Positions 18,908-28,415 of a stretch of 64,000 bases of DNA are shown piece after piece. A program made the position numbers and the translations under genes. Source of the DNA: an uncultured Thermoplasmatales archaeon. GTDB taxonomy: Archaea > Thermoplasmatota > Thermoplasmata > Thermoplasmatales > GCA-001856825. Every line of letters starts with the position of its first letter. The first letter of the stretch is position 1. Below the pieces are notes generated by a model. It made no database searches and was not told where the DNA came from. It was given only the letters and a program-made list of their open reading frames with translations. The stretch covers positions 5,880 to 69,879 of the forward strand of contig CAYMEF010000001.1 of NCBI GenBank assembly GCA_964389625.1. Direction: 5' to 3'.

Positions 18908-19561
18908 TCAATAAATGTCCATGGCAATGACTCTCGCCATGGCTCCGCTAGCCTTAAAAATCTTGAGCGGAAGTGCTGCTATAAGGTATTTCTTACCCTC
19001 CTCGAGTTGGTCTAATCCCGCCAGGTCTTCAATGAATGCAAAACCCTTACTCAAAAGGGCCTTGTGGACCTTGAAGTCCGAGTGGCTGAAGGGCTCGATA
19101 CCGAGCGTGTCTATCCCGATCAATCTGGGTTTATGCTCCGTCAGGAACTCTATCGTGTCTGTAGCCAGTCCCGGGAACTCGTACTGAAATTCTTTGGTGA
19201 ATCCCCTCTTCTTGTCCCAACCTGTGCTGATGAGTACAATTTTTCCGTCATATTCGCTCTTCCACTTACTCTCCAGGTGTTTCAATGTTATTTCGGTTCC
19301 ATCTGCTCCAGGTCTGATCATGTAGCCTTCTCCTACAAGCTGGTTCAGGGGAAGGTCGTCCACCGTAGTCAGAGTGTCTATCATGTGGTAAGGTGCGTCT
19401 ATGTGCGTTCCACTGTGCGTCACGGAGGAGTAAGACTCGACGTTATAGCCATCTCGAGCCGCTATGCCTATTGGAGCTACCGTCAGTAAGGGGTTCGTTG
19501 GCCAAAGAGGCATATAGGTTTTGAGGGTTACGCTCAGGTCAAAAATACCTCTAATTTGCAT
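18908..19561 (-). CDS. Cyclase-family (KynB / arylformamidase-like) amidohydrolase (paralog B)
   Basis: HSGTHIDAPYH motif. Collinear with paralog A over its full length. Confidence 0.8.
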   Translation of the reverse strand: MQIRGIFDLSVTLKTYMPLWPTNPLLTVAPIGIAARDGYNVESYSSVTHSGTHIDAPYHMIDTLTTVDDLPLNQLVGEGYMIRPGADGTEITLKHLESKWKSEYDGKIVLISTGWDKKRGFTKEFQYEFPGLATDTIEFLTEHKPRLIGIDTLGIEPFSHSDFKVHKALLSKGFAFIEDLAGLDQLEEGKKYLIAALPLKIFKASGAMARVIAMDIY

Positions 19562-19820
19562 CAGAATTGATTAATTAACAATATATTAAATCTATCGGTG
19601 ATATTAATTTTTTGAGCAACACCACCACTATTTAATAATAGTTATCATCTGTTCCAGTGATATTTGATTAAACACACTATAATCCATTTTTAAATATTAA
19701 AATATTGAAGCAGAAATAGACCAATAAAACAACTTGTCTGCGACATAGGAGACCAGCTAGTTAGTAGACATGGTTACCGAAAGTCTTGCGTGATTTGGTC
19801 AAAATAATGAAAATAGAAAT

Positions 19821-20786
19821 TTAGTTGGTACCGGACCTCAGAATGCTTACAAGGTCCGTGAGAGCCGCCTGTGCCGTTTGTGTTTTCCCCGCACCAGGTC
19901 CCATCGAGTAGATCTTCCCCATCGTGTCTGTGTCTATCTCTATGGCGTTCATCACCCCGCTCACCCCCGAAAGCACGTCATCTCTTGAGAGCCTAGTCGG
20001 TCGAACGTAGACAGTTGATTTGTCTGCATATGCAACTAGCTTTGTTTTCTCCCTAGCCTGTTCAAGAGTCACGTTTCTGATTCCCTCTATCTTTACGTCA
20101 GCGTACTCGTGCCTCCAACCTAGAATGTGAGAAATTATGGTGATCTTGGAGGCCGTGTCGAACCCGTCGACATCATTTGTTGGATCCGCCTCTGCATATC
20201 CTAACTCCTGTGCCTCCTTCAGGGCAGCTGCAAAGTTCTTTCCCTCTTCCATAGATGTGAGGATATAGTTGGTCGTGCCATTCATGATGCCTCTGACGCT
20301 CTTGACTTCGGCACCCGGGAGCAGATCAAGAAGGTTGAACGAAGGGGTGCCCGCCATTACCGTTCCCTTCATCAAGAACCTCACTCCTTTCTTTTCGGCC
20401 AAACCGGTGAGTTCCTTGAATTTAAGGGCGGAGGGCCCCTTGTTGGTGGTGATTACATGTTTCCCCAGCTCAAGGGCTGTTTTGATGTGAGAATATGCAG
20501 GTTCCGCTGTCTTGAGATTCAGCCATGTGAACTCACACACTATATCGGCATCGGATTCCTTGATTGTGGAAATAACGTCCTTTTGCGGAAAGATCTTACC
20601 TCCAGAAATCTCGGCAGTCAGGTTGGCTGTTGGATCGATTATGTGACCATACTTCATATCGATGATTTCGCTGATCGAAACGTTCCCAAGTCCGAGTGAG
20701 CCTTTTTTCTTGTTAAATAGTTCAAAAAATCCCTGACCTACGGTTCCAAAACCCAGCAGGAGTATCCTGTGTTTATCAGGAGTCAT
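19821..20786 (-). CDS. hom: Homoserine dehydrogenase
   Basis: N-terminal ILLLGFGTVGQG Rossmann motif, 321 aa, typical archaeal Hom layout. Confidence 0.75.
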   Translation of the reverse strand: MTPDKHRILLLGFGTVGQGFFELFNKKKGSLGLGNVSISEIIDMKYGHIIDPTANLTAEISGGKIFPQKDVISTIKESDADIVCEFTWLNLKTAEPAYSHIKTALELGKHVITTNKGPSALKFKELTGLAEKKGVRFLMKGTVMAGTPSFNLLDLLPGAEVKSVRGIMNGTTNYILTSMEEGKNFAAALKEAQELGYAEADPTNDVDGFDTASKITIISHILGWRHEYADVKIEGIRNVTLEQAREKTKLVAYADKSTVYVRPTRLSRDDVLSGVSGVMNAIEIDTDTMGKIYSMGPGAGKTQTAQAALTDLVSILRSGTN

Positions 20787-20915
20787 GCCAAAAGATTGTT
20801 TGCGATTAGTTAAAGATTCTGCTCTAACTCCGTTAGTATCCCAGTCGACGGTTGATCGTCACTCCTTCAATGGGCACTAACTTCCCATAACATCCATCTT
20901 TACACGGACGAAATA

Positions 20916-21797
20916 TCAGCCGAATTTCTTTATCCAGAATCTCGCGATCTCTTCCCTCGTGGCAAACCACGTACCTGGCTTATTCTTCGCGTACTTGAGG
21001 AACCCTTCTAATGCGGGCAGTCTACCTGGCCTTCCGATGACCCTTACGTGAAAGGCAGCTGACATCATCTTTGAGTTTGTCGCTGATTCCCTATAGAGGG
21101 TATCGAAAGAATCCTTCAGATAAGCCAGGAATTCAGAACTCGTAGAGAATCTGTTCATCGGGTTTTGAAAATGAAAGTCGTTTGAGTCTGGTGCATATGG
21201 TACAATTAGCATCTTGGATTTTCTATCGAAGTACGGAATGTCGTCTGCATATGAGTCGGAATCGTAAATGAAGTTCTTGAATTTACGCAACAGATTCAGG
21301 GTATTTTGACTCGGTTCTCGGGCGTAGAATCCAACCGGTTTCCTTCCCGTAATCTCCTCTATAAGGTCTATAGACTTTCTTATTTCATTCTTCTCTTCTT
21401 CCACTGTCATCTTAAATAGTTCGGTCCACGAGTATCCATGATCGCAAATCTCGTGACCCTCTTCGATGATCTTTCTCGCCGCCTCCGGGTTCGCCTCGAG
21501 TGCTCTGGCCGTGGCAAAAAATGTTGCTTTTACTCCATATTTTTTCAAGAGGCCAAGTATTCTCCAGATCCCCACCCTCTGACCGTATTCATACACGGAT
21601 TCCATGCCCACGTCCCTAGTCTCCACATCAACGGGTCCAAATTCTCCTATCTGCTCCACCGTACCGTCAACCGGCACCGAGTGTTCGCTCCCCTCCTCAT
21701 AGTTGAAGACAACTGAGAGTGCAAGTTTATTGCCGTTTGGCCACCTGAATTTTGGAGGAAACTGACCGTATCCGAAGTAATCTCTTGAAACTGGCAT
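20916..21797 (-). CDS. Polysaccharide-deacetylase-fold protein of the PuuE (metal-independent allantoinase) type
   Basis: Collinear with PuuE hallmarks as I recall them: RDYFGYG..PP..RWP, NYEEGSE, MESVYEYG, HGYSW, DSDSYADD(I)PY, VPY..D.ND, RVIGRPGR. Confidence 0.7.
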   Translation of the reverse strand: MPVSRDYFGYGQFPPKFRWPNGNKLALSVVFNYEEGSEHSVPVDGTVEQIGEFGPVDVETRDVGMESVYEYGQRVGIWRILGLLKKYGVKATFFATARALEANPEAARKIIEEGHEICDHGYSWTELFKMTVEEEKNEIRKSIDLIEEITGRKPVGFYAREPSQNTLNLLRKFKNFIYDSDSYADDIPYFDRKSKMLIVPYAPDSNDFHFQNPMNRFSTSSEFLAYLKDSFDTLYRESATNSKMMSAAFHVRVIGRPGRLPALEGFLKYAKNKPGTWFATREEIARFWIKKFG

Positions 21798-22072
21798 CTG
21801 ATACTTTTATGCAATGCTCAGAGAAAAGCATAACTGAATCCTTGGAATGGCCTATTCTATCGAGGTTAGTCCGATTGAAGTCGATTGCTGGAACTTCATT
21901 ACACGGAGTGGACACACAAGTCTCGTGAGCGTTCAGATCGTTGAATAAACGGAACACACATGGAGGTAAATTGAGTAGTTTTCGCAACCAGAGGTTCACT
22001 GTTATTTTGACCATCTTTGAAGGCACTCCACCCAAGAATTCAACGGCATTAAGAAGAAAAAAGAGAGAAAGA

Positions 22073-23443
22073 CTACAGTTTTTTTAGGTCTTGAATAACC
22101 TTCGATAAGGTATCTTGGGCATCCCCATATAGCATCTTCGTCTTGTCCATGTAGAACAGATCGTTTTCAATACCCGCAAATCCCTTGCCCTGTCCTCTCT
22201 TGAGAACAACCACGTTCTTGGACTTGTCAACATCCAGGATTGGCATTCCGTATAGTGCCGTTCCCTGTATCCTTGCCGCTGGGTTCACAACGTCGTTCGC
22301 TCCAATCACCAATGAGATGTCGACATCCTGGAACGACCTGTTGGCCTCCTCTCTGTCCTCCAGCAGGTCGTACGACACACCCGCCTCCGCAAGCAATACG
22401 TTCATGTGCCCTGGCATCCTTCCCGCAACCGGGTGGATCGCAAAGAATACCTTGATCCCCTTTGATATAAGAATGTCCGATAGATCCCTCACTTTGAACT
22501 GCGCCTGAGCAGAGGCCATTCCAAACCCGGGGACTATCGCCACGGTCGAGGCGTAAGATAGCATTACAGCAACGTCCTCGCTGCCGATCGATTTCAGGCT
22601 ACCCGTTACCGTCCTGTTTTCACTCTGGGTCTTCCCGAAACCACCTGCAAGTATCCCCCCCACTGACCTGTTCATAGCCGTCGCCATCGCAAGAGTCAAG
22701 ATCGTTCCAGCGGCACCAACCAGGATTCCTGCCACAACCATTGCATAGTTGGATATCGCGAATCCTTCCAGGCCAACCGCTATTCCAGTCATCGCATTGT
22801 AGAGGGAGATCAATACCGGCATGTCAGCTCCCCCAATTGGCAGGGCCATCAGGAAACCGTAGGCCACCGTCAGAACGAAGAAGGGTAATAATGCATCCCT
22901 GAACGGTCCGGCAATGTTCGAATGTGCCAGAAAAACTACTCCGAAGAATACACCTACCGCGGCCACTAACAGGTTCACCGCCTGTTGAAGGGTGAACGTT
23001 ATTGGTTTCTGTCTTATCCAGCCTTGGAGCTTGAGGAAGGCGATGACGCTACCTGCAATTGAGACGTTGCCAATGATTGCTCCGACCATGGCTATCGTGA
23101 TATTGATCGAAGATGTACCTAGCTTTATCAGCTCTATGGCCGCTATGGAAGAAGCCGCTCCAGCCCCCATTCCGTTGTAGATTGCGACCATCTGAGGCAT
23201 GTCAACTATGGCTACTCTTCTCGCTGCATAGTACCCGATCAGTGCACCGATCAGAATTGCGGGAAGTATCAGTGTTAGATTTGAAAGACCCGGTACGAAG
23301 AAGGTCGCCCCGATCGAGAAGGCCATCGCAATCCCGGCCCATAGAATTCCACTCCTTGCAGTAGCTGGATTGCCCATCCTGATCAAGCCTATCACGAATG
23401 CAGCTATCGTCAGAACGTAGATAGGTTGTGTAATGTCGATCAC
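22073..23443 (-). CDS. pntB: NAD(P) transhydrogenase subunit beta
   Basis: 456 aa with an N-terminal membrane domain and a C-terminal dIII domain (GANDVVNPAA, YGMPIL). GTG start overlaps the upstream stop. Confidence 0.9.
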   Translation of the reverse strand: MIDITQPIYVLTIAAFVIGLIRMGNPATARSGILWAGIAMAFSIGATFFVPGLSNLTLILPAILIGALIGYYAARRVAIVDMPQMVAIYNGMGAGAASSIAAIELIKLGTSSINITIAMVGAIIGNVSIAGSVIAFLKLQGWIRQKPITFTLQQAVNLLVAAVGVFFGVVFLAHSNIAGPFRDALLPFFVLTVAYGFLMALPIGGADMPVLISLYNAMTGIAVGLEGFAISNYAMVVAGILVGAAGTILTLAMATAMNRSVGGILAGGFGKTQSENRTVTGSLKSIGSEDVAVMLSYASTVAIVPGFGMASAQAQFKVRDLSDILISKGIKVFFAIHPVAGRMPGHMNVLLAEAGVSYDLLEDREEANRSFQDVDISLVIGANDVVNPAARIQGTALYGMPILDVDKSKNVVVLKRGQGKGFAGIENDLFYMDKTKMLYGDAQDTLSKVIQDLKKL

Positions 23444-23733
23444 TTGGTCGCCTCCTTTTTCTTGAACATCGCTAGCATTCTCTCCGTTACGACGTATCCA
23501 CCCACGACGTTGAGCGTCGCCATTACCACTCCCGCAAATCCTATAACTCTCTCCACGTCATTCGTTGCATACCCAAGCGCGAGAATTGCTCCCACGAGCA
23601 CTATCCCATGTATAAAGTTGGAACCTGACATCAATGGGGTGTGAAGTATCACTGGAACGTGACTTATCACTTCGTACCCAACAAACACTGCCAGGATGAC
23701 TATGTAGAGCCATGCCCAGTCTGTGATGATCAC
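23440..23733 (-). CDS. pntA: NAD(P) transhydrogenase subunit alpha, part 2 (membrane)
   Basis: 97-aa membrane protein lying between the alpha-1 and beta subunits. GTGA overlap with alpha-1. Confidence 0.85.
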   Translation of the reverse strand: MIITDWAWLYIVILAVFVGYEVISHVPVILHTPLMSGSNFIHGIVLVGAILALGYATNDVERVIGFAGVVMATLNVVGGYVVTERMLAMFKKKEATK

Positions 23734-24875
23734 TGCTTCTCACCCTCCTTCAGCAGGGGTTCAAACGTGATTCTTCCCTCACTGCAGATCATGCTTGCCG
23801 ACAAAAGTTCGTCCTTGCTTGGGTCATTGAAATTTCCGTCCTGTCCGATGAGTATTGAAATGAAGGACAAGACGTTCCTAGAATACATCTGGCTAGCGTT
23901 TATTGACACCTCAGACGGGGGGTTGATTGTACCAATGATCTTAACGCCATTAATTTCTATTATCTTCCCCTGCTGCGTCAATTCGCAATTTCCTCCGGAT
24001 TCTGCCATGGTGTCGACGATCACCGTTCCCCGCTTCATCTTGGATACGACCGAAGCGTTGATGACTAAGGGAGCTTTCTTGCCCGGGACCCCTGCAGTTG
24101 CAATCACCAGATCGGAAGAGACTATAGCCGCCTCTAACAGCTCCTTCTCTTTCTTCCTCTCTTCTTCCGTGAGCTCTCTCGCATAACCGCCAGCACCCGC
24201 AGCGTCAAGGCCAACGTCTAGGAATTTCGCTCCGAGGCTCTTGACGTCGTTCTCAGCCGCTCTCCTGACATCGTAAGCTGTTACTGAAGCACCGAGCCTC
24301 CTGGCAGTAGCTATGGCCATCAGTCCTGCCACTCCCGCTCCTATGACTAGGACATTTGCAGGCTTAACGGTCCCTGCCGCTGTTGTTAGCATCGGCATAA
24401 GTCTGGGAGAATAGAACGCCCCTATAACAGCTGCGCGATATCCCGCTACGGCCGACTGGGACGATAGGACATCCATCGATTGGGCCCTCGTTGTCCTGGG
24501 TAACAGTTCGAGCGAGAAGACCCGGAGGTTGGCGCTTGAAAGTTCACTGGATAGTGACCGGTTTCTAAGAGGGAAAATCTGTCCAACTACCGTTGAGCCT
24601 GGCTTCGTGTTTTTGAGGTCGTCTCTTTCAGGTCTTCCGAGCATTATCAGCAGATCCGCCTTTGAAATGACCGAGGCCCGGTTCTCCTGAACATTGCACC
24701 CTGAGTTGGTGTAATCCGCGTCGGAATACCCTGCTCCGGTACCAGCACCTGACTGGACCAGTACTTCCAGGTTCCTGGAGACCAGCTTTTTTGCATCTTC
24801 GGGAACGAGCGCGACCCTGTTCTCGTTTTCAGATATTTCCTTTAGGATTCCTATTCTTATGGGCAAATTCACCAA
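23730..24875 (-). CDS. pntA: NAD(P) transhydrogenase subunit alpha, part 1 (dI, alanine-dehydrogenase fold)
   Basis: IGILKE..ENRVAL.P and VLVIGAGVAGLMAIATARRLGA (NAD site). Start is TTG 24875 or GTG 24872. Confidence 0.9.
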   Translation of the reverse strand: MVNLPIRIGILKEISENENRVALVPEDAKKLVSRNLEVLVQSGAGTGAGYSDADYTNSGCNVQENRASVISKADLLIMLGRPERDDLKNTKPGSTVVGQIFPLRNRSLSSELSSANLRVFSLELLPRTTRAQSMDVLSSQSAVAGYRAAVIGAFYSPRLMPMLTTAAGTVKPANVLVIGAGVAGLMAIATARRLGASVTAYDVRRAAENDVKSLGAKFLDVGLDAAGAGGYARELTEEERKKEKELLEAAIVSSDLVIATAGVPGKKAPLVINASVVSKMKRGTVIVDTMAESGGNCELTQQGKIIEINGVKIIGTINPPSEVSINASQMYSRNVLSFISILIGQDGNFNDPSKDELLSASMICSEGRITFEPLLKEGEKQ

Positions 24876-24991
24876 CCTTGGCGCACATAACTGATTTTCA
24901 TATGAAATTATCGTTCAATTTTAAGGTACAACTCGGCTATTTTGCCCAAGTAAACCCAAAAGACTTTAAATCACAAAGCGCCTCGGCAATT

Positions 24992-25600
24992 GTGAAGCTA
25001 GCCGATGACATTGAATTGATAGATGGAACTATGGCCAATTGCTACGTTGTTAAATCGATAGACAAGACGATCCTAATCGATGCCGGCATGAAGAGCTCTG
25101 CAAAGAAGATCATCGGATACTTTGAAAGCAAGGGAAGCAGACCAGATATTGTTCTGATAACCCACTGTCACCCGGACCACATAGGTGGTCTGGCGGATAT
25201 TGAATCGAAATACGGGCCAGATATCTTCGTACCAGATGAGGAGCTAGACATCGCAAGGGGAAGCGAGAGGATGCCATCCACAGGGGGGGTCATGTCTGCT
25301 ATTGCAGGTCTTTCTAGACCACGACCAATTAGTACGTCGAAACCTCTGAGTAATCTAGGCACAGGCTATGTTCAAAGAATCGACAGCAGGGGACACACAC
25401 CGGGTAGCACTTCCTACTATTTCGACGGACTCAAGGCTCTGTTCGTAGGCGATGCTGTATCAGAAAACAAAGGCAAGTATGAATTCAATAAGTCATTCAC
25501 CCTGGACCCGGTAAATGCACAACTTGCCATTAACAGAATACTTGAAATGCACGGCGTAACGGCCTACCCAGGGCACGGGAAGAAGTTCCTAATCCCGTGA
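24992..25600 (+). CDS. MBL-fold metallo-hydrolase
   Basis: THCHPDHIGG motif. Start re-called to GTG 24992, about 24 nt after TTTAAAT (24965-24971). The track ORF from 24791 overlaps pntA and its promoter. Confidence 0.7.
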   Translation: MKLADDIELIDGTMANCYVVKSIDKTILIDAGMKSSAKKIIGYFESKGSRPDIVLITHCHPDHIGGLADIESKYGPDIFVPDEELDIARGSERMPSTGGVMSAIAGLSRPRPISTSKPLSNLGTGYVQRIDSRGHTPGSTSYYFDGLKALFVGDAVSENKGKYEFNKSFTLDPVNAQLAINRILEMHGVTAYPGHGKKFLIP

Positions 25601-25636
25601 GCCTATTGTCTTAGTGCTCTCTGAATTATCTACTGT

Positions 25637-26551
25637 TCAATTCGATTGCTGTAGGAGAATCTTCAGAGCTTCCTGTATATTCGGATACTTGAAGACGAAT
25701 CCCAGTTCGTTCAGTCTCTTTGGCACGACCTTCTGGCCTCCGAAAATGGAGAATTTACCCCCCTCTCCCAGCGTCAGGTTGGCCAACCCTGGGCCCATCC
25801 TCAGCCTTATCTTCTTACCCATCTCACCTGCTATGAGATTCATCAACCCCTCCATCCTCATCGGGTTTGGCGCGACAGCGTTGTATGGCCCTTCATAACC
25901 CTTCTGAGTCATGAAAACTATGGATGCGATTACGTCTTCAACATGAATCCAGGACTTCCATCCTGCCTTCCCCTTAAGGTTGAACGATATTCCGGACTTT
26001 GCCCCCCTAAGCAGTTGCGGAAAGGCTCCTCCATCGTCTCCAAGTATGACACCAAACCTTGGAATCAGGAGTTTGACCATCTTGTCCACCTTCTTAGCCT
26101 GTTCTTCCCAGCTCAAACAGAGGTCGGCGAGGAAATCGCTTCCTGGTTTTGAATCCTCATCTACTGCAACGTCTTCTACGTTCCCGTAGTATCCAATGGC
26201 AGAAGCACTCACGAAGTATTTTGGCTTGTTTGCTGAAGCGTTTATTGCTCTGACGAGCTGTGAGGTACTCCTGACTCTTGACTCTACGAGTTCGTTCTTG
26301 TATGCATCAGACCACTTCTTGTCTATTCCGGTACCTGACAGGTTTACCACCATGTCGTATCCCTCGATCTCACCCGGAGATATGCCTTCCGCGGATGTCG
26401 GATCCCAGGTTTTCTGTCTGTACGGCAGAGACGGATTCGATCTCCTTGTCAATATTGTAACCTCCCCTCCCATTTCCTTAACCTTCTCTGAAAGATGCCT
26501 ACCAATGAACCCTGAACCTCCTGCAATCAATACGTTAACCACCATTATCAC
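25637..26551 (-). CDS. NAD-dependent epimerase/dehydratase family protein (TIGR01777 / SDR39U1-like)
   Basis: VLIAGGSGFIGRHL Rossmann motif and a C-terminal DUF1731-like segment. Confidence 0.75.
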   Translation of the reverse strand: MIMVVNVLIAGGSGFIGRHLSEKVKEMGGEVTILTRRSNPSLPYRQKTWDPTSAEGISPGEIEGYDMVVNLSGTGIDKKWSDAYKNELVESRVRSTSQLVRAINASANKPKYFVSASAIGYYGNVEDVAVDEDSKPGSDFLADLCLSWEEQAKKVDKMVKLLIPRFGVILGDDGGAFPQLLRGAKSGISFNLKGKAGWKSWIHVEDVIASIVFMTQKGYEGPYNAVAPNPMRMEGLMNLIAGEMGKKIRLRMGPGLANLTLGEGGKFSIFGGQKVVPKRLNELGFVFKYPNIQEALKILLQQSN

Positions 26552-26596
26552 GTCTCATTAGTTTTCAAAAGTCGACCCGAAATATAGAATTAAATG

Positions 26597-26950
26597 TTAT
26601 GTACCTGCGGTAACAGAAAACCTGGTAGGCAACGTACCTTCCGGCAGGACAGGGTCTACTATGATCCTGAATGGAATCCCATTCTTCTGGCAGAACGCAT
26701 CTATCTCATAGACCTGAACTTGCACTACCCGATCGGCCATCTTCTTAGTGGTGGGGAATGTATTGTAATATATGGTTGAGGTATCCCTTGGTTGGTCTTT
26801 TTTGTCCGCATACTCTATCTTAACCTTATAACTGTGGTTCAGGTCGCAGATAGGACACTTGAGCATTGACAAATTCATTTCTAGTTCAGGCATGATTCCT
26901 GATTTGATCATAATATATACCAATTTGTTCTTGGCGCTCTTTTCCATCAT
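26597..26950 (-). CDS. Hypothetical protein
   Basis: 117-aa ORF filling the gap. A single CPIC pair. No family recognised. Confidence 0.35.
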   Translation of the reverse strand: MMEKSAKNKLVYIMIKSGIMPELEMNLSMLKCPICDLNHSYKVKIEYADKKDQPRDTSTIYYNTFPTTKKMADRVVQVQVYEIDAFCQKNGIPFRIIVDPVLPEGTLPTRFSVTAGT

Positions 26951-26994
26951 TTAATAATACATTCGCCATCTGGATTCGAGGGACAGATACGAAG

Positions 26995-27885
26995 ATGTTC
27001 GAGAGAGTGGTGCGGCTAGCCGATATATCTTCCAGAGGTGGGAGCGTTCCTCCCATGTATCTCTACCTTGTCTGGATCCTGCCTGGTTTTGCGTACTCTG
27101 TGGACGTTACCGGCTCTTACGCGTATATACCATTCATACTCGTTTCCGTTTCAATAATGCCTTTGATGGCTGCGACGAACCTGTTTGATGATTATTTTGA
27201 TTACACAAAGGGTGTCGATAGGGCAGGTTCACCTAACACAATCTACAGGCGTCACCCGATATACCACTATGGGGTGACCAGTGCTTACTTGCTCGGGTGG
27301 GCTGTGGTTTTCTCGGCAATATATCTCTCGCTGACATTCACAATATCCCTTAGGTATGGTTTGATTTTGAATCTGATTGCCCTATCTGGCTTTATCCTTG
27401 GCTATGGTTATACGGGACCACCTCTGGGATACAAATATCTTGGACTTGGCGAGGTCGGAGTGTTCCTGTCTACAATCGCTGCTGGCGAGCTCATATCTGT
27501 AGCAACCATTGGACACTTTAACCTTGCCTCTTTACTGTATTTCGTACCATTCTCGCTCTTCATCTCCCTCCTACTCTTTATCGGAAATTACAGGGATTTG
27601 GAGTTCGACAGGGAGGCAGGATTCAGAACTCTTGCAGTCGTTCTTGGGAGGAAGGGATCTGAACTGTTCTCTGCAACTGTAATTACGCTGTTCTATATCA
27701 CTCTCGTACTGCTGGCTATATCTGGCATTTACACGTCACGCTCACTTATCGACCTGGTCACTGCACCTTTCGCATTCTACTTCTCCTTCAGCTGGATAAG
27801 GAGAGACGGTGCGGGAATCGAGAAATACGCTGGACCCTTCCTGTTCGGGATTCTTTTCATTCTGATACTCCTACTTGTGTGGTAG
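26995..27885 (+). CDS. UbiA-family prenyltransferase (MenA-like)
   Basis: Polytopic protein with NLFDDYFDYTKGVDR, the Asp-rich motif of the MenA/UbiA family. Confidence 0.75.
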   Translation: MFERVVRLADISSRGGSVPPMYLYLVWILPGFAYSVDVTGSYAYIPFILVSVSIMPLMAATNLFDDYFDYTKGVDRAGSPNTIYRRHPIYHYGVTSAYLLGWAVVFSAIYLSLTFTISLRYGLILNLIALSGFILGYGYTGPPLGYKYLGLGEVGVFLSTIAAGELISVATIGHFNLASLLYFVPFSLFISLLLFIGNYRDLEFDREAGFRTLAVVLGRKGSELFSATVITLFYITLVLLAISGIYTSRSLIDLVTAPFAFYFSFSWIRRDGAGIEKYAGPFLFGILFILILLLVW

Positions 27886-27952
27886 ATTCATAGAAAAGCT
27901 ATTGCATTTAAGAAACGGTTATATCCCGAATGTGTTGTCAGAACTGACCGTT

Positions 27953-28408
27953 ATGGATGAGTTCGACAAACGCATTTTAAAATTGCTTCGAGAGGATGCG
28001 ACTCTATCTCTGAAGGAGATAGGCAAGAGAGTTGGACTTTACTCACCATCTGCAATAAGCAAGAGAATCGAAGTACTCAGGATGAACGGATACATCAAGA
28101 AGATCACCGCAACTCTAGACTACTCTAAGATGGGTCTTTCCTTCGCCACCCTGACGCTCATAAGGGGCAGGTACGGTGGGAACTACAAGGATACTATCGC
28201 AGACAAATTGAAGAAGATTCCTGGAATAGTTTCAGTCTACTTCCTGCTTGGGGATATTGATTTTATTATCCAGACAATTTCCAAGAGCAAGGACGACTAC
28301 TCGAAGATCCTGGACAGGATTTCATCGATTGCCGAGATAGAGAGGTCTGATACGAGGACGATACTCCAGACCTACAAGGAGATGGACTTCGGGTCAGTAG
28401 ATATCTGA
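27953..28408 (+). CDS. Lrp/AsnC-family transcriptional regulator
   Basis: MDEFDKRILKLLREDATLSLKEIGKRVGLYSPSAISKRI followed by a RAM domain. Start re-called to ATG 27953. Confidence 0.85.
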   Translation: MDEFDKRILKLLREDATLSLKEIGKRVGLYSPSAISKRIEVLRMNGYIKKITATLDYSKMGLSFATLTLIRGRYGGNYKDTIADKLKKIPGIVSVYFLLGDIDFIIQTISKSKDDYSKILDRISSIAEIERSDTRTILQTYKEMDFGSVDI

Positions 28409-28415
28409 ACCTGAT

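Noticed and set aside
19562-19820. The very AT-rich 259-nt spacer as a replication origin or mobile-element boundary.
   Set aside because: There are no repeated ORB-like elements, no adjacent cdc6/orc1, and no terminal repeats. It is adequately explained as the promoter region of the cyclase-permease operon.
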